A stretch of 64,000 nucleotides of DNA from Candidatus Brocadiia bacterium (GTDB taxonomy: Bacteria; Planctomycetota; Brocadiia; SM23-32): positions 32,693 to 96,692 of the forward strand of contig JBKHIT010000011.1 in NCBI GenBank assembly GCA_046538485.1, read 5' to 3'. Positions 9,304-18,781 of this stretch are shown here, in pieces. Each line of letters begins with the position of its first letter. The stretch's first letter is position 1. Position numbers and translations under genes: made by a program. The notes below the pieces were generated by a model that was given only the letters and a program-made list of their open reading frames with translations, did no database searches and was not told where the DNA came from.

Positions 9304-10926
9304 TTATGGCCCTCGCTGATTTTCGTGTTCATAAATCGTGTTCATATCCCACACATTGAGCGATAGCAATCTGGCGTCTCGGCCCTGCGCCCGCAGGGAG
9401 ACCCCGGCGCTGTCCTCTCGCTCCGGATATACCCGCACTGCCAGACATTGACGATCGTTCACAAATGCTTCCACAACACTCCGGTCAACAAAAACGCGCA
9501 GCTGTAACGGTTCATCATCATCCACCAGCACCTCGGCCGTCTCCGGGCCGCGGGGCGTGACATCCGGGTGCAAAGAAGAGCGCGCCGAATCAATGGTAAT
9601 CAGGCTGTAATGCCGAGCGGGCGGATCGAACCGTCCGCTGTGGCGCATGCCTCGTTTGTGATAAAAGACGATTCGCGTATATTCCCCGCGATCAGGGGAC
9701 CGCAAAACATTGAATTCGAGCGCCGGCACGCCATTATGCTCAAGTTCGGCCTTGATCTCCATGGATTTACCCTCTATTTCATCGAGGACAACTTCCTTGT
9801 TTGCCGGAAGCGGCATGGCGTCGATTTGCCGATGGTTCGTGCGCAATGAGGCAATATCGCCGGCGGGCTCAATACGGAGTTGTTCCTTACCCACCAGCCT
9901 TAATCGACGCGGTAGCGTCATAATCTGGTTCCATCCCTCGGTCGGTTTGCCCGGATTCATGTTGAAAATGACAATCACATCATCATTTTCGGGCGTGGCC
10001 GATGGGGCGTGAACTCCGGATGGTGTGGACGGACCGAAATTGAACTTTCCGTGCGCCGTGGCCATAAATTTCTCATGTTGCGTATCGTAATCGCCCAGCA
10101 GATACTGTCCTCCGCTCATGTGACTGAAGAACAGCAGGATATGACGGTTTCCGATGGGCCAGAAATAGGGACACGCCCCGTCATCGCCCGCCAGCGTGAA
10201 ACGATCCGCCTCGACGAACGGGTGGAGATACTCCCAATTGACAAGATCATCCGACCGGAACAGGAAATCTGCCCTGTACTCTTTGTCGCCGACCCCCGGT
10301 TTTGTCCCGTTGGATAGTGCATAATACCTTCCCTCCTGCCGCCAGATACACGGGTCGTGCACGCGATATGGCAGCGGTGTGCCATCGGGTGCGCTTCGGC
10401 GGTCCTCTTCGGTATCGCCCGCTGCCATCGGGATGACGGGTCCGCCGGTGAGTTTGGTCCAGTTCAGAAGCAGCGGGTCATGCGCGACCGCCACCATATT
10501 GCCGGCGCGTGTGCCGTGGTACATGGCGATCACCCGGTCCTCCTCCACAAATGTGGATCCGGAGAAACACCTATCTTCGGGCCCGGGTGCGATCGCATAC
10601 GGGAGATCTTGCCAATGCACCAGGTCGTCGCTGACCGCGTGGCCCCAGTGTTGCCGCGGATCTTCGGGGGGATACCCCTGGTAGAACAGGTGCCATCGTC
10701 CCTGCCAGAAGCACAAGCCATTCGGATCGTTCATTGTGCTCTCGGGGCTGACGAAATGATAATGGGGACGGTAAGGATCGTCGGCCATTTTGCGTCGCGA
10801 TTCCGCGAACCTGTGCATGAGAGGGAGTTCTTCCAGTTCCCTCTTCTGTTCCGCCAGAGAATCGCTTAATTCAGGGGGGTGGATTATGGACGTTTCGGGT
10901 GCTTCGGCATGATCGTTTTCGGTCAT
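9304..10926 (-). CDS. GH32 family glycoside hydrolase with atypical catalytic motifs
   Basis: RPHYHF, MNDPNG, WHLFYQ, WGHAVS.DLVHW, FSGS, C-terminal LRVFVDRSVVEAF; RDP is HDP and EC is AC; start 10926 or 10950. Confidence 0.88.
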   Translation of the reverse strand: MTENDHAEAPETSIIHPPELSDSLAEQKRELEELPLMHRFAESRRKMADDPYRPHYHFVSPESTMNDPNGLCFWQGRWHLFYQGYPPEDPRQHWGHAVSDDLVHWQDLPYAIAPGPEDRCFSGSTFVEEDRVIAMYHGTRAGNMVAVAHDPLLLNWTKLTGGPVIPMAAGDTEEDRRSAPDGTPLPYRVHDPCIWRQEGRYYALSNGTKPGVGDKEYRADFLFRSDDLVNWEYLHPFVEADRFTLAGDDGACPYFWPIGNRHILLFFSHMSGGQYLLGDYDTQHEKFMATAHGKFNFGPSTPSGVHAPSATPENDDVIVIFNMNPGKPTEGWNQIMTLPRRLRLVGKEQLRIEPAGDIASLRTNHRQIDAMPLPANKEVVLDEIEGKSMEIKAELEHNGVPALEFNVLRSPDRGEYTRIVFYHKRGMRHSGRFDPPARHYSLITIDSARSSLHPDVTPRGPETAEVLVDDDEPLQLRVFVDRSVVEAFVNDRQCLAVRVYPEREDSAGVSLRAQGRDARLLSLNVWDMNTIYEHENQRGP

Positions 10927-11042
10927 CCTGCAGTTCCTGACTATTTGCAACCAGAGGGCGTCATTGTATGATAATTGTCGTTATATCATTATGAAATACT
11001 CGTCGTATTGCAAAAACCGATCCCATAAAGGAGTGAAGAACC

Positions 11043-14000
11043 ATGCGCATGCCAGCACTCGTGAGTCTTGCCGTTATAGCTCTTCTCACTTTTGCCTCGC
11101 CGCTGCGCGCCAATGTGCAGATTGCCAGAAAGGGAAAACCAGTCGTAACCATCGTACACAACGGGCAGGAGGCCATCGCCAGTGACCTCGCGGGGTATCT
11201 GAAAAAAATAACCGGGGCAGAAATCCCTCAAGTGGCAAAAACTACCCCGGATACCAGGAACAAAAACCTGATTTTCTTGCAAATTGTCGGCGACCTGCCC
11301 GGCACAACGGATGGACGGACCGCCGACCAGGCGTATCGACTGCGCACCGAGAACAACCGGCTCACGATTATAGCTCAAACGGAACTCGGGCTGAAATATG
11401 CCGTCTACGGTCTCCTGCAGGATCACCTCGGGGTCACGTTCTGTACTCCCGGCTATACACATATTCCGCAAAAACCAACGCTTACTGTCCCCGACCTCGA
11501 CGAACTGCAAGAGCCGGCGTTTTTTCTGCGTAATTTCTTTCTGCGCCGTAATAAACCCGGATCTCCCGTCGCCAATTATGCGCTGCACAACCGCCATTAT
11601 TTGCCGAACGGTGACGACATATCGAGCCATCATTCATTCCGCGGCTACGGCGTGGGGAAAAACTGTCCCCTGGATGAAGAGTTCCAGAAAAAGTTCGGCG
11701 AGGAGCTCAAAAAGAAATTCGCCAAACGAGATGCCCATGCAAAACCGCTGAGGGTCGGACAGATGGACGGCCCGTTCTATGCCGATTGCGAGGAAGCCAA
11801 AGATCTCGCCAGAAAAGAGGGATCCTGGGCCGCTCCCATGCTGCGAATGCTCAACGGTGTCCTCGACCGTGCCGGGGAAGAATACCCGAATCACCAGATT
11901 ATCACTTTTGCCTATTTCAACACACTTGAGGTTCCCGAAACCGTCAAACCCCACAAAAACCTCTGGATAAACGTTGTTTCGAGCAGTTACTCCGCCAACG
12001 CCGCCGGCGATCAGCTCAATCCTATCCGCAACAACCCCGCGAATTTTGCATACGATAAGGCTCTCCGCGAATGGCCACAGGTCGCCGAGGCGCCGGTGGT
12101 CACCTGGGAATGGGGACAGAACTACAACGCACGCAAATACGAATGGCCCAACCTGTGGTCGGAGATCGATAATATCCGCCTCTGGGCTGAATACGAAGTC
12201 GAGGGAGCCCAGTACCAGCACAACAACGTGACCGGCATCAGCTGGGGCGGACTCAAACACTGGGTCTGGGCTCAAATCATGTGGGATCCGGATCAGAACG
12301 AGGATGAACTGATAAACCGTTTCCTGCGCGATTTTTACGGCGCAAAAGCCGCCCCGATTATCAGAGAGTATATCGATACGGCCGATAAACTCCGCCAGGA
12401 CAGCGGTTACATCACCAGTGTCGTCCGCTGGTCCTCATGGCCGCTGATGCTGCGGCAAAAATTCTTGACACCGGACAGGCTGAACAGACTCGACAAGATT
12501 CTGAAACGAGCATACGAGGCTGCCAGAGAGCAAAACGATCCGATTTTCGCCAAACGCATCGCCGAGGCCCGGGCAAAATCGGTGGATATGCCCATTATTG
12601 ACACCGTGCGTCAGCAGGTCGGTTTCGGATTGGCCCGGGACCCGGACGACAACAGCCTCTGGTACGTGCCGGGCGGACGGGAGGATATGCCCGGGCGGAT
12701 TAAGCGAGTGGTGAGCATTACCCACGGCCACAACTGGCAGAAAAGAATCGTCTGGCTTCACAAAAAAGCCGGAGGGCGCGTGCGCACGGTCAAGGCGGGC
12801 GATCTCGTCGCCCAAATCGTCGCCAAAATGGACGGTCGTGTCATCAGTATCAAACACGCGCCGACAGACACCGAACTGCTCGCCGGGCGAGCCTACGAAG
12901 ACAAAATGCACGTCCGCGAGACGCTCTGGAATACGGAGAGGGCAACGGACACAAAAGTTGAGACAAGTGCCAAAGAATCCAAAAGTTACTGGGGCTTTTC
13001 CGTCAAAGGAATTGTTAATCGCACCGTGGAAGGCATCTCCGATGACAATACGTTTCGCATCGTCCGCACCGGCAATCCAATGAAACCTCTGGACTCACTG
13101 TGGGCTATTATAGCTCCGCAGCCGGCTGTTGCCGGATTGACGGTGCAGACCACAGGGGTCAAAGAAACCATGGAGGGGGCTAAACTAACCGGCCGAGACG
13201 AGGCTTCCACAATTGATCTGGAAAATGCAAAGGGGAAGCTGGTTATTGAGGTCGACCGGGGTGATGGACTGATCGCTCGGATCGAAACCGATGCGGCCGG
13301 CTGGAAAGCGCTCAAAGTGCTGCCGGAACCCACTTACACCGGGGAAAAATTCGACACCAGCTGGCGCGGGGATCCGCAGATGATTCCGGGAGCATCATCG
13401 GCCGACGTCACGTCGCACTACCAGTGGCGGCGCCAAAAATCATGGCCGAACAGCATAGAAATCTGGCCCGCCGACGAAACACCAAGAGTCCGGTTGCAAC
13501 TGATCGGCAAAAAAGGGAAAGGCAAAGAAGCCGTATTACCCGCGCAGCGATTCTCGGTTCGGACAGATGGCGAAAAACGCGCTGCAGAGGCGGGGAAAAC
13601 GGAAAAGGACGAGCCGGATCAGGCGAAGCCAGTCGCCCTGAAAATGACCGGCGACGGCACAGCAATCAACCCGCGCGATGGGGCAGAACTTGTCCGGGTG
13701 CGGCCCGGAAAGTTCACGCGCGGCGATGCCAGGGCCTACGGCGACGCCCAACCCGCCCGCAAAATTTCTCTCGACGGATACTGGATTTACAAAAAACCTG
13801 TCATTATTCGCCAGTACCGCAAATTCATAAAAGCGACCGGACGGGACGATAAAATTAAGATTCCCGGCTGGCCGCACAAAGTCGCGAAACCCATGGAGGA
13901 AGAGGAAGGTGCCTATCCTGTCCTGCGGAACTGGTACGACGCCCAGGCCTACGCGCAATGGGCCGGCGGTTCCCTGCCGACCGAGGCTCAGTGGGAAAAG

Positions 14001-14405
14001 GCCGCCCGGGGCACTGAAGGCCGCATGTATCCCTGGGGCGATAAATGGGATGCCACGAAAGTGCCGGAACACGACTACGACGAACGACCGCTCGATATCG
14101 GCATGGTGCCGGCGGGTAGCTATCCCGATAGTGCCAGCCCGTACGGCGCACTCGATATGGCCGGCAACGTCTGGGAATGGGTCGGCGACTGGTATGCGCC
14201 GAATTACTACAAGAACTCGCCCGAACGGGATCCGCGCGGCCCAGGCAGCGGAGTGTGCAAAATCCTCCGCGGCGGCGATGTCCACTGGGATCGCCGCATG
14301 CTGCGCAGCACCTATCGCCTCCCACAACCACCGCATGTGGATAACTGGGTCATGACCGGTTTCCGGGTGGTGATCGATGCCGACGAAAACGGAAAAATGC
14401 GGTAA
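11043..14405 (+). CDS. Secreted DUF4838-type protein fused to a C-terminal FGE-sulfatase (SUMF1-like) domain
   Basis: Signal peptide; GLKYAVYGLLQDHLGV.F..PG, EPAF..R, IITFAY, LKHWVWAQIMWDP; C-terminal LPTEAQWEKAARG, YPWG, SPYGALDMAGNVWEW, RGG, GFR. Confidence 0.8.
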   Translation: MRMPALVSLAVIALLTFASPLRANVQIARKGKPVVTIVHNGQEAIASDLAGYLKKITGAEIPQVAKTTPDTRNKNLIFLQIVGDLPGTTDGRTADQAYRLRTENNRLTIIAQTELGLKYAVYGLLQDHLGVTFCTPGYTHIPQKPTLTVPDLDELQEPAFFLRNFFLRRNKPGSPVANYALHNRHYLPNGDDISSHHSFRGYGVGKNCPLDEEFQKKFGEELKKKFAKRDAHAKPLRVGQMDGPFYADCEEAKDLARKEGSWAAPMLRMLNGVLDRAGEEYPNHQIITFAYFNTLEVPETVKPHKNLWINVVSSSYSANAAGDQLNPIRNNPANFAYDKALREWPQVAEAPVVTWEWGQNYNARKYEWPNLWSEIDNIRLWAEYEVEGAQYQHNNVTGISWGGLKHWVWAQIMWDPDQNEDELINRFLRDFYGAKAAPIIREYIDTADKLRQDSGYITSVVRWSSWPLMLRQKFLTPDRLNRLDKILKRAYEAAREQNDPIFAKRIAEARAKSVDMPIIDTVRQQVGFGLARDPDDNSLWYVPGGREDMPGRIKRVVSITHGHNWQKRIVWLHKKAGGRVRTVKAGDLVAQIVAKMDGRVISIKHAPTDTELLAGRAYEDKMHVRETLWNTERATDTKVETSAKESKSYWGFSVKGIVNRTVEGISDDNTFRIVRTGNPMKPLDSLWAIIAPQPAVAGLTVQTTGVKETMEGAKLTGRDEASTIDLENAKGKLVIEVDRGDGLIARIETDAAGWKALKVLPEPTYTGEKFDTSWRGDPQMIPGASSADVTSHYQWRRQKSWPNSIEIWPADETPRVRLQLIGKKGKGKEAVLPAQRFSVRTDGEKRAAEAGKTEKDEPDQAKPVALKMTGDGTAINPRDGAELVRVRPGKFTRGDARAYGDAQPARKISLDGYWIYKKPVIIRQYRKFIKATGRDDKIKIPGWPHKVAKPMEEEEGAYPVLRNWYDAQAYAQWAGGSLPTEAQWEKAARGTEGRMYPWGDKWDATKVPEHDYDERPLDIGMVPAGSYPDSASPYGALDMAGNVWEWVGDWYAPNYYKNSPERDPRGPGSGVCKILRGGDVHWDRRMLRSTYRLPQPPHVDNWVMTGFRVVIDADENGKMR

Positions 14406-14574
14406 TTCCTTGGCTCGCTAACTGAATTGTTGTCGGCGAGAACGGCAGACGATGTGGAAGGACAGGGTAGAAAGACGATGTAGAGCCTTTTGACTCCCTT
14501 GTCGTTCCACATTATTTTCCTGTCCGGCATGAATCCGATTCTCTTTCGACTTTTCCAGTGAGGAATGGATAAGT

Positions 14575-15594
14575 ATGAGTGACAAGAAGGCCGTCGTGTA
14601 CAAAGGTTATCCGCCGGACCACTGCTGCGTTGGCAGCAACGTGCAAATACTTCCCAATGGTGAATTCGCAGCTTTTTTTGTGACCGGCGGGCCAAGGGAA
14701 CCGGATGTGAACAATTACATTGCGATGTGCCGTTCCACCGAGCCCGGACTCGCCTGGTCAAGCCCCCCTGAAACCGTACTCAAATTACAGGACCGTGCAT
14801 GCCTGTGTTCTGGAATTTACGTGGACGGTGGCAGTATCGTCATTCATGCCCTTACCCACGATGGCAGTTGGGGGAAATGGCGCAATTATACCGTTGAAAG
14901 CCACGACAACGCCCATTCGTGGAGCGAACCGGAGCTGTTCACGCCATCGCCGAGGCGCACATTTATTCGCAACCGTTACGTCGCTACATGGGGGGAATGG
15001 TTTCTGCCGCTCCAAAGCGCATATGATGTTGAAGATTGGACCGACATTCCTAATGCTGATGGTTCTTTCCGGCCCCCGGTCAATGGGGTGCTGATCAGCT
15101 CCGATAATGGACAAACCTGGACGGCTTCTGAGATTATCTCGGGGGCCAATCGTTTCGCTGAAAACAACGTCGTGGAACTGTCCGACGGGAGCATGGTCAT
15201 GCTGATCCGTTCCGATGGAGCCGGTTGCCTGCTTCGGTCGGACTCGAAGGACCGCGGACGCACCTGGAGCGACCCACGGCGCACCGACATCCCGAATCCC
15301 GGCAGCAAATTTCGTTTGTTCCGGTTGAAAGATCGGCGAATCCTGCTCGTGCACAATCCCAACCCGGCCACCTCGCATCCCAACTCCGAGCCACAGAAGC
15401 AGTGTCAGCGCAACCCGCTCTCTATCTGGATATCCGACGATGATATGGAGAGCTGGGGATACAAGCGGGATCTAACCGACTTTCCGGGTATGCTTGCCTA
15501 TCCCGACGGTGTGGTCGACGAGGCAAACAATACCCTCCATATGGCTTTCGACTACAACCGGCACGATGTTATCTACTGGGGAGCAAAACTGTAA
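14575..15594 (+). CDS. BNR/Asp-box beta-propeller protein (sialidase-like)
   Basis: Asp boxes SHDNAHSW, SSDNGQTW, SKDRGRTW, SDDDMESW; RNPL, AYPD, YDYNR-like terminal motifs. Confidence 0.85.
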   Translation: MSDKKAVVYKGYPPDHCCVGSNVQILPNGEFAAFFVTGGPREPDVNNYIAMCRSTEPGLAWSSPPETVLKLQDRACLCSGIYVDGGSIVIHALTHDGSWGKWRNYTVESHDNAHSWSEPELFTPSPRRTFIRNRYVATWGEWFLPLQSAYDVEDWTDIPNADGSFRPPVNGVLISSDNGQTWTASEIISGANRFAENNVVELSDGSMVMLIRSDGAGCLLRSDSKDRGRTWSDPRRTDIPNPGSKFRLFRLKDRRILLVHNPNPATSHPNSEPQKQCQRNPLSIWISDDDMESWGYKRDLTDFPGMLAYPDGVVDEANNTLHMAFDYNRHDVIYWGAKL

Positions 15595-15668
15595 TCGTTT
15601 GTTTTTTAACACCAACAGGTTTCGTGAAACTTTTGAGGTGATCTTGCTGTTTGAAAGGATAAAAAGTA

Positions 15669-17798
15669 ATGTTGCCCATTGTTGATATTTCTTCTGAAAC
15701 GGATCGCCACGCTGTGATAGCCCGGGGGACCGAAGATGTGTATCAGGGTCATCCCACGACTCTGCTGATGCCGGATGGTCAGACGATGTTCGCCGTCTGG
15801 TGCATCAATCACGGCGGGCACGCCGGGCCGATGGCGCGGAGCGACGATGGCGGACGGACCTGGACGCGTCTGGACGATAAAATGCCGGAAGGGTTCACCA
15901 ACCATTTCAATTGCCCCAGTATCTACCGTATGGTCGATCCCGATGGCCAGCAGCGAATCTGGGTGTTCTCCGCACGCCGAGAAGAAGGCGGAGAAATCAC
16001 AGACTGGATGCCGAGGATAGTGAGCGAGGACGGCGGCGAAAGCTGGCGCGAGGCCAAACCACTGGGCTTGCCCTGCGTGATGACCTTCAGCAGCGTCGTC
16101 CGGTTGAAAGACGGTTCCTATCTGGGACTCTACCATCGCCGATTGAGAGACGACCGATCGGCCGATGCGCAGATACTGCAGACCCGATCGCCGGACGGAG
16201 GGATCTCGTGGTCCGAGCCACAGCTCGCCGCACGAATGAATGGCAAACAACTCTCCGAGCCGTTCGGGTTCCGGTCTCCGGACGGGGAGGAACTTTGCTG
16301 TCTGATACGAGAGAACACTCATACCGGCAACAGCATGGTTATATTCAGCTCAGACGAAGGAGAGACATGGTCGGAACCGGTCGATACGGCGGGCGGTCTG
16401 ACGGGCGACCGGCACTGGGGAGTCTACACCGCGGACGACCGGCTGGTCATCGCGTTCAGGGATCAAGAACTATACAGCCCGACACGCGGACATTTCGTGG
16501 CCTGGGTGGGCACATACGAAGACATCCGCCAGAGACATCCCGGACAGTGTCGGATCAAGTTGCTCCACAGCTACGCCGGCGGAGACTGCGGATATCCCGG
16601 TATGGAACGGCTCCCGGACGACACAATCGTGGCAACCACCTATATCAAATACCGGCCGGGCAAAGAGAAACATTCCGTTGTATCGACACGTTTCAAAATC
16701 GACGAGATCGACACCCGTATCGAAGACCCAAAGCCGGATTTCTCGATTACACACCTGTTTGAATCCGGCGAGGACGACCAGATACGTATCCCCAAGATCC
16801 TGGTTGCGGAGGATGGCTCGGTTCTGGCCTTTGCCCGTGGATGTAAGTTCCTGCGGCGCAGTGAAGATGCGGGGGGGACGTGGAGCGACCCGGTTGAGTT
16901 CGGCCCTCCCGGCGGCGGGAATGCGGTGGTTGACCGGACGAACGGCGACGTGCTTGTGGTCTGCCCCGAACCGGAAAAACTCTGGCGCAGCCGCGATCAC
17001 GGGCGCACGTGGGGACGCGAGAATATTTCATTTCTGCCCAACAAAATCGGACACGGTGGGAAAGACACCGTTCCTGTCAGTGTCGCGGCATCGGAATCGG
17101 GCATTACCCTTCAATATGGCGAACATAAGGGGCGGCTGGTGATGCCGGTAAGGATTCAGCTGCAGAATGGACCGGACTACGACGAGGATCGGCAGGAATA
17201 CTGGCAATATCATTACAACACGTCGATTTACAGCGACGATGGCGGCACGACCTGGCAGACGGGCGAACCGGTGCAGAGCGGAACTGGCGAGGGCACATTG
17301 GCCGAGCTGTCCGACGGCCGGCTTTATTACAATTCGAGGTCGCACATGTCCTGTGACCATCGTCGCCGTCTGGCCTGGAGCCATGATGGCGGGTACCGTT
17401 GGGTCGATTGGGAAGTTTCGGACGATCTGTTGGAGATCGGCGGCCCGCACTACTTCCGCTACGGCACGCGCCCAAGCTACGGCTGCAATGCCGGCCTGGC
17501 GCGGATTCCCGACGGAATTGTGCCCTGTGAAGATGCGCTGTTGTTCAGCACCATCGATAATCCCGGGAGACCCAGTGCGGAAGACCGCATTCGCATGACC
17601 GTTTGGGCAAGCTTCGACGGGGCCGGGTCCTGGCCGCTCAAGCGTCTGGTCTATCCCGGGCCGAGCGCTTACTCGTCGATAACGGTCAGCGACGACGGAA
17701 CGGTGTATCTGCTGTTTGAAAACGGGGACGAATACCGCTACGAACGCATTTCCGTGGCGCGCTTCAATCTGGACTGGCTGACGGAGGAATACGAATAG
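15669..17798 (+). CDS. Tandem two-domain sialidase-family (BNR) protein
   Basis: Nine Asp-box-like repeats; first domain has GHPTT and DCGYPG; second has IRIP, GEG..AELSDG..YYNSR and SAYSS. Confidence 0.85.
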   Translation: MLPIVDISSETDRHAVIARGTEDVYQGHPTTLLMPDGQTMFAVWCINHGGHAGPMARSDDGGRTWTRLDDKMPEGFTNHFNCPSIYRMVDPDGQQRIWVFSARREEGGEITDWMPRIVSEDGGESWREAKPLGLPCVMTFSSVVRLKDGSYLGLYHRRLRDDRSADAQILQTRSPDGGISWSEPQLAARMNGKQLSEPFGFRSPDGEELCCLIRENTHTGNSMVIFSSDEGETWSEPVDTAGGLTGDRHWGVYTADDRLVIAFRDQELYSPTRGHFVAWVGTYEDIRQRHPGQCRIKLLHSYAGGDCGYPGMERLPDDTIVATTYIKYRPGKEKHSVVSTRFKIDEIDTRIEDPKPDFSITHLFESGEDDQIRIPKILVAEDGSVLAFARGCKFLRRSEDAGGTWSDPVEFGPPGGGNAVVDRTNGDVLVVCPEPEKLWRSRDHGRTWGRENISFLPNKIGHGGKDTVPVSVAASESGITLQYGEHKGRLVMPVRIQLQNGPDYDEDRQEYWQYHYNTSIYSDDGGTTWQTGEPVQSGTGEGTLAELSDGRLYYNSRSHMSCDHRRRLAWSHDGGYRWVDWEVSDDLLEIGGPHYFRYGTRPSYGCNAGLARIPDGIVPCEDALLFSTIDNPGRPSAEDRIRMTVWASFDGAGSWPLKRLVYPGPSAYSSITVSDDGTVYLLFENGDEYRYERISVARFNLDWLTEEYE

Positions 17799-17812
17799 AG
17801 GACAACAAATTT

Positions 17813-18730
17813 ATGGATTTACAGGAAGTCCGACATTATTTGACCGGGCCTGTGATGTCGCTCCGTACCCCTTTCCAGGAAAACGGGGAGATTGATTACG
17901 ACGGGGCGCGGAAGATCATAGACGCCGCTATCGCCGGTGGATCGAAGACGGTTATGCTTACGGCGGGCGACAGCCACTATGAAATTCTCAGCGATGATGA
18001 GATCGCGGAATTGACCCGCGTCGCGGTGGAGCATACCGATGGACGCGCGATGGTCATCGCCGCCGATCGTTATTACGGAACAGCAAGGGCCGTCCAGTTC
18101 GCGAAATTCGCCGGGGAAACAGGGGCTGATCTTGTCATGTGCCTCCCGCCGGATTGGGCCAAATCAACAACTCCGAAAACACTTGCCGACCACTACGCTG
18201 CGGTGGCGGAGATTATGCCCGTTATGATTGTGACCAACCGATTCATCGCGCGCGGGGAAGAATTCGGTCTGGAAACATTGCAGCGCGCCGTGGATAAATC
18301 ACCCAATGTGGTCGCGATAAAGGACGATATGTGCGGGGTATTCGCTCAGAAAATGTGCGCGGCGTTGAGCGATCGGTGTGCCATCATTTCGGGAGGCCAG
18401 AAGCGCAACCATCTTAATTGCCACCACTATGGGTGCGACGGATACCTGTCGACATTTGTCCCCTGCCAAACGGATATTACCGGCCGCTACTGGAATGCAA
18501 TCTGCGGGGAGGACTATCGCGCGGCCGCACGGATCGTGTCAGAAGAAGATGGGCCGTTTTTCGACTATGTCGTTAAACAAACGGGAGGATTCGATGCATG
18601 CATGCACGGCATGCTGGAGCTGAACGGTCTGGCGAAACGCTATCGCCGTCAACCCTATTACACACTTCCTGACGCAGAGATGAAACGACTGGGAAAACGA
18701 CTGCGCGAACTGGGACTGCTTACCGATTGA
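17813..18730 (+). CDS. Dihydrodipicolinate synthase/N-acetylneuraminate lyase family aldolase
   Basis: TPF.ENGEIDY, LS.DE, GAD.VM.LPP, NVVAIKDD (Schiff-base Lys); the GxTGE motif appears as TAGDS. Confidence 0.85.
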   Translation: MDLQEVRHYLTGPVMSLRTPFQENGEIDYDGARKIIDAAIAGGSKTVMLTAGDSHYEILSDDEIAELTRVAVEHTDGRAMVIAADRYYGTARAVQFAKFAGETGADLVMCLPPDWAKSTTPKTLADHYAAVAEIMPVMIVTNRFIARGEEFGLETLQRAVDKSPNVVAIKDDMCGVFAQKMCAALSDRCAIISGGQKRNHLNCHHYGCDGYLSTFVPCQTDITGRYWNAICGEDYRAAARIVSEEDGPFFDYVVKQTGGFDACMHGMLELNGLAKRYRRQPYYTLPDAEMKRLGKRLRELGLLTD

Positions 18731-18781
18731 CAACGGATGGGTTTGTGCTCAAATACGATACAACCAGATAAGGGATAACCA

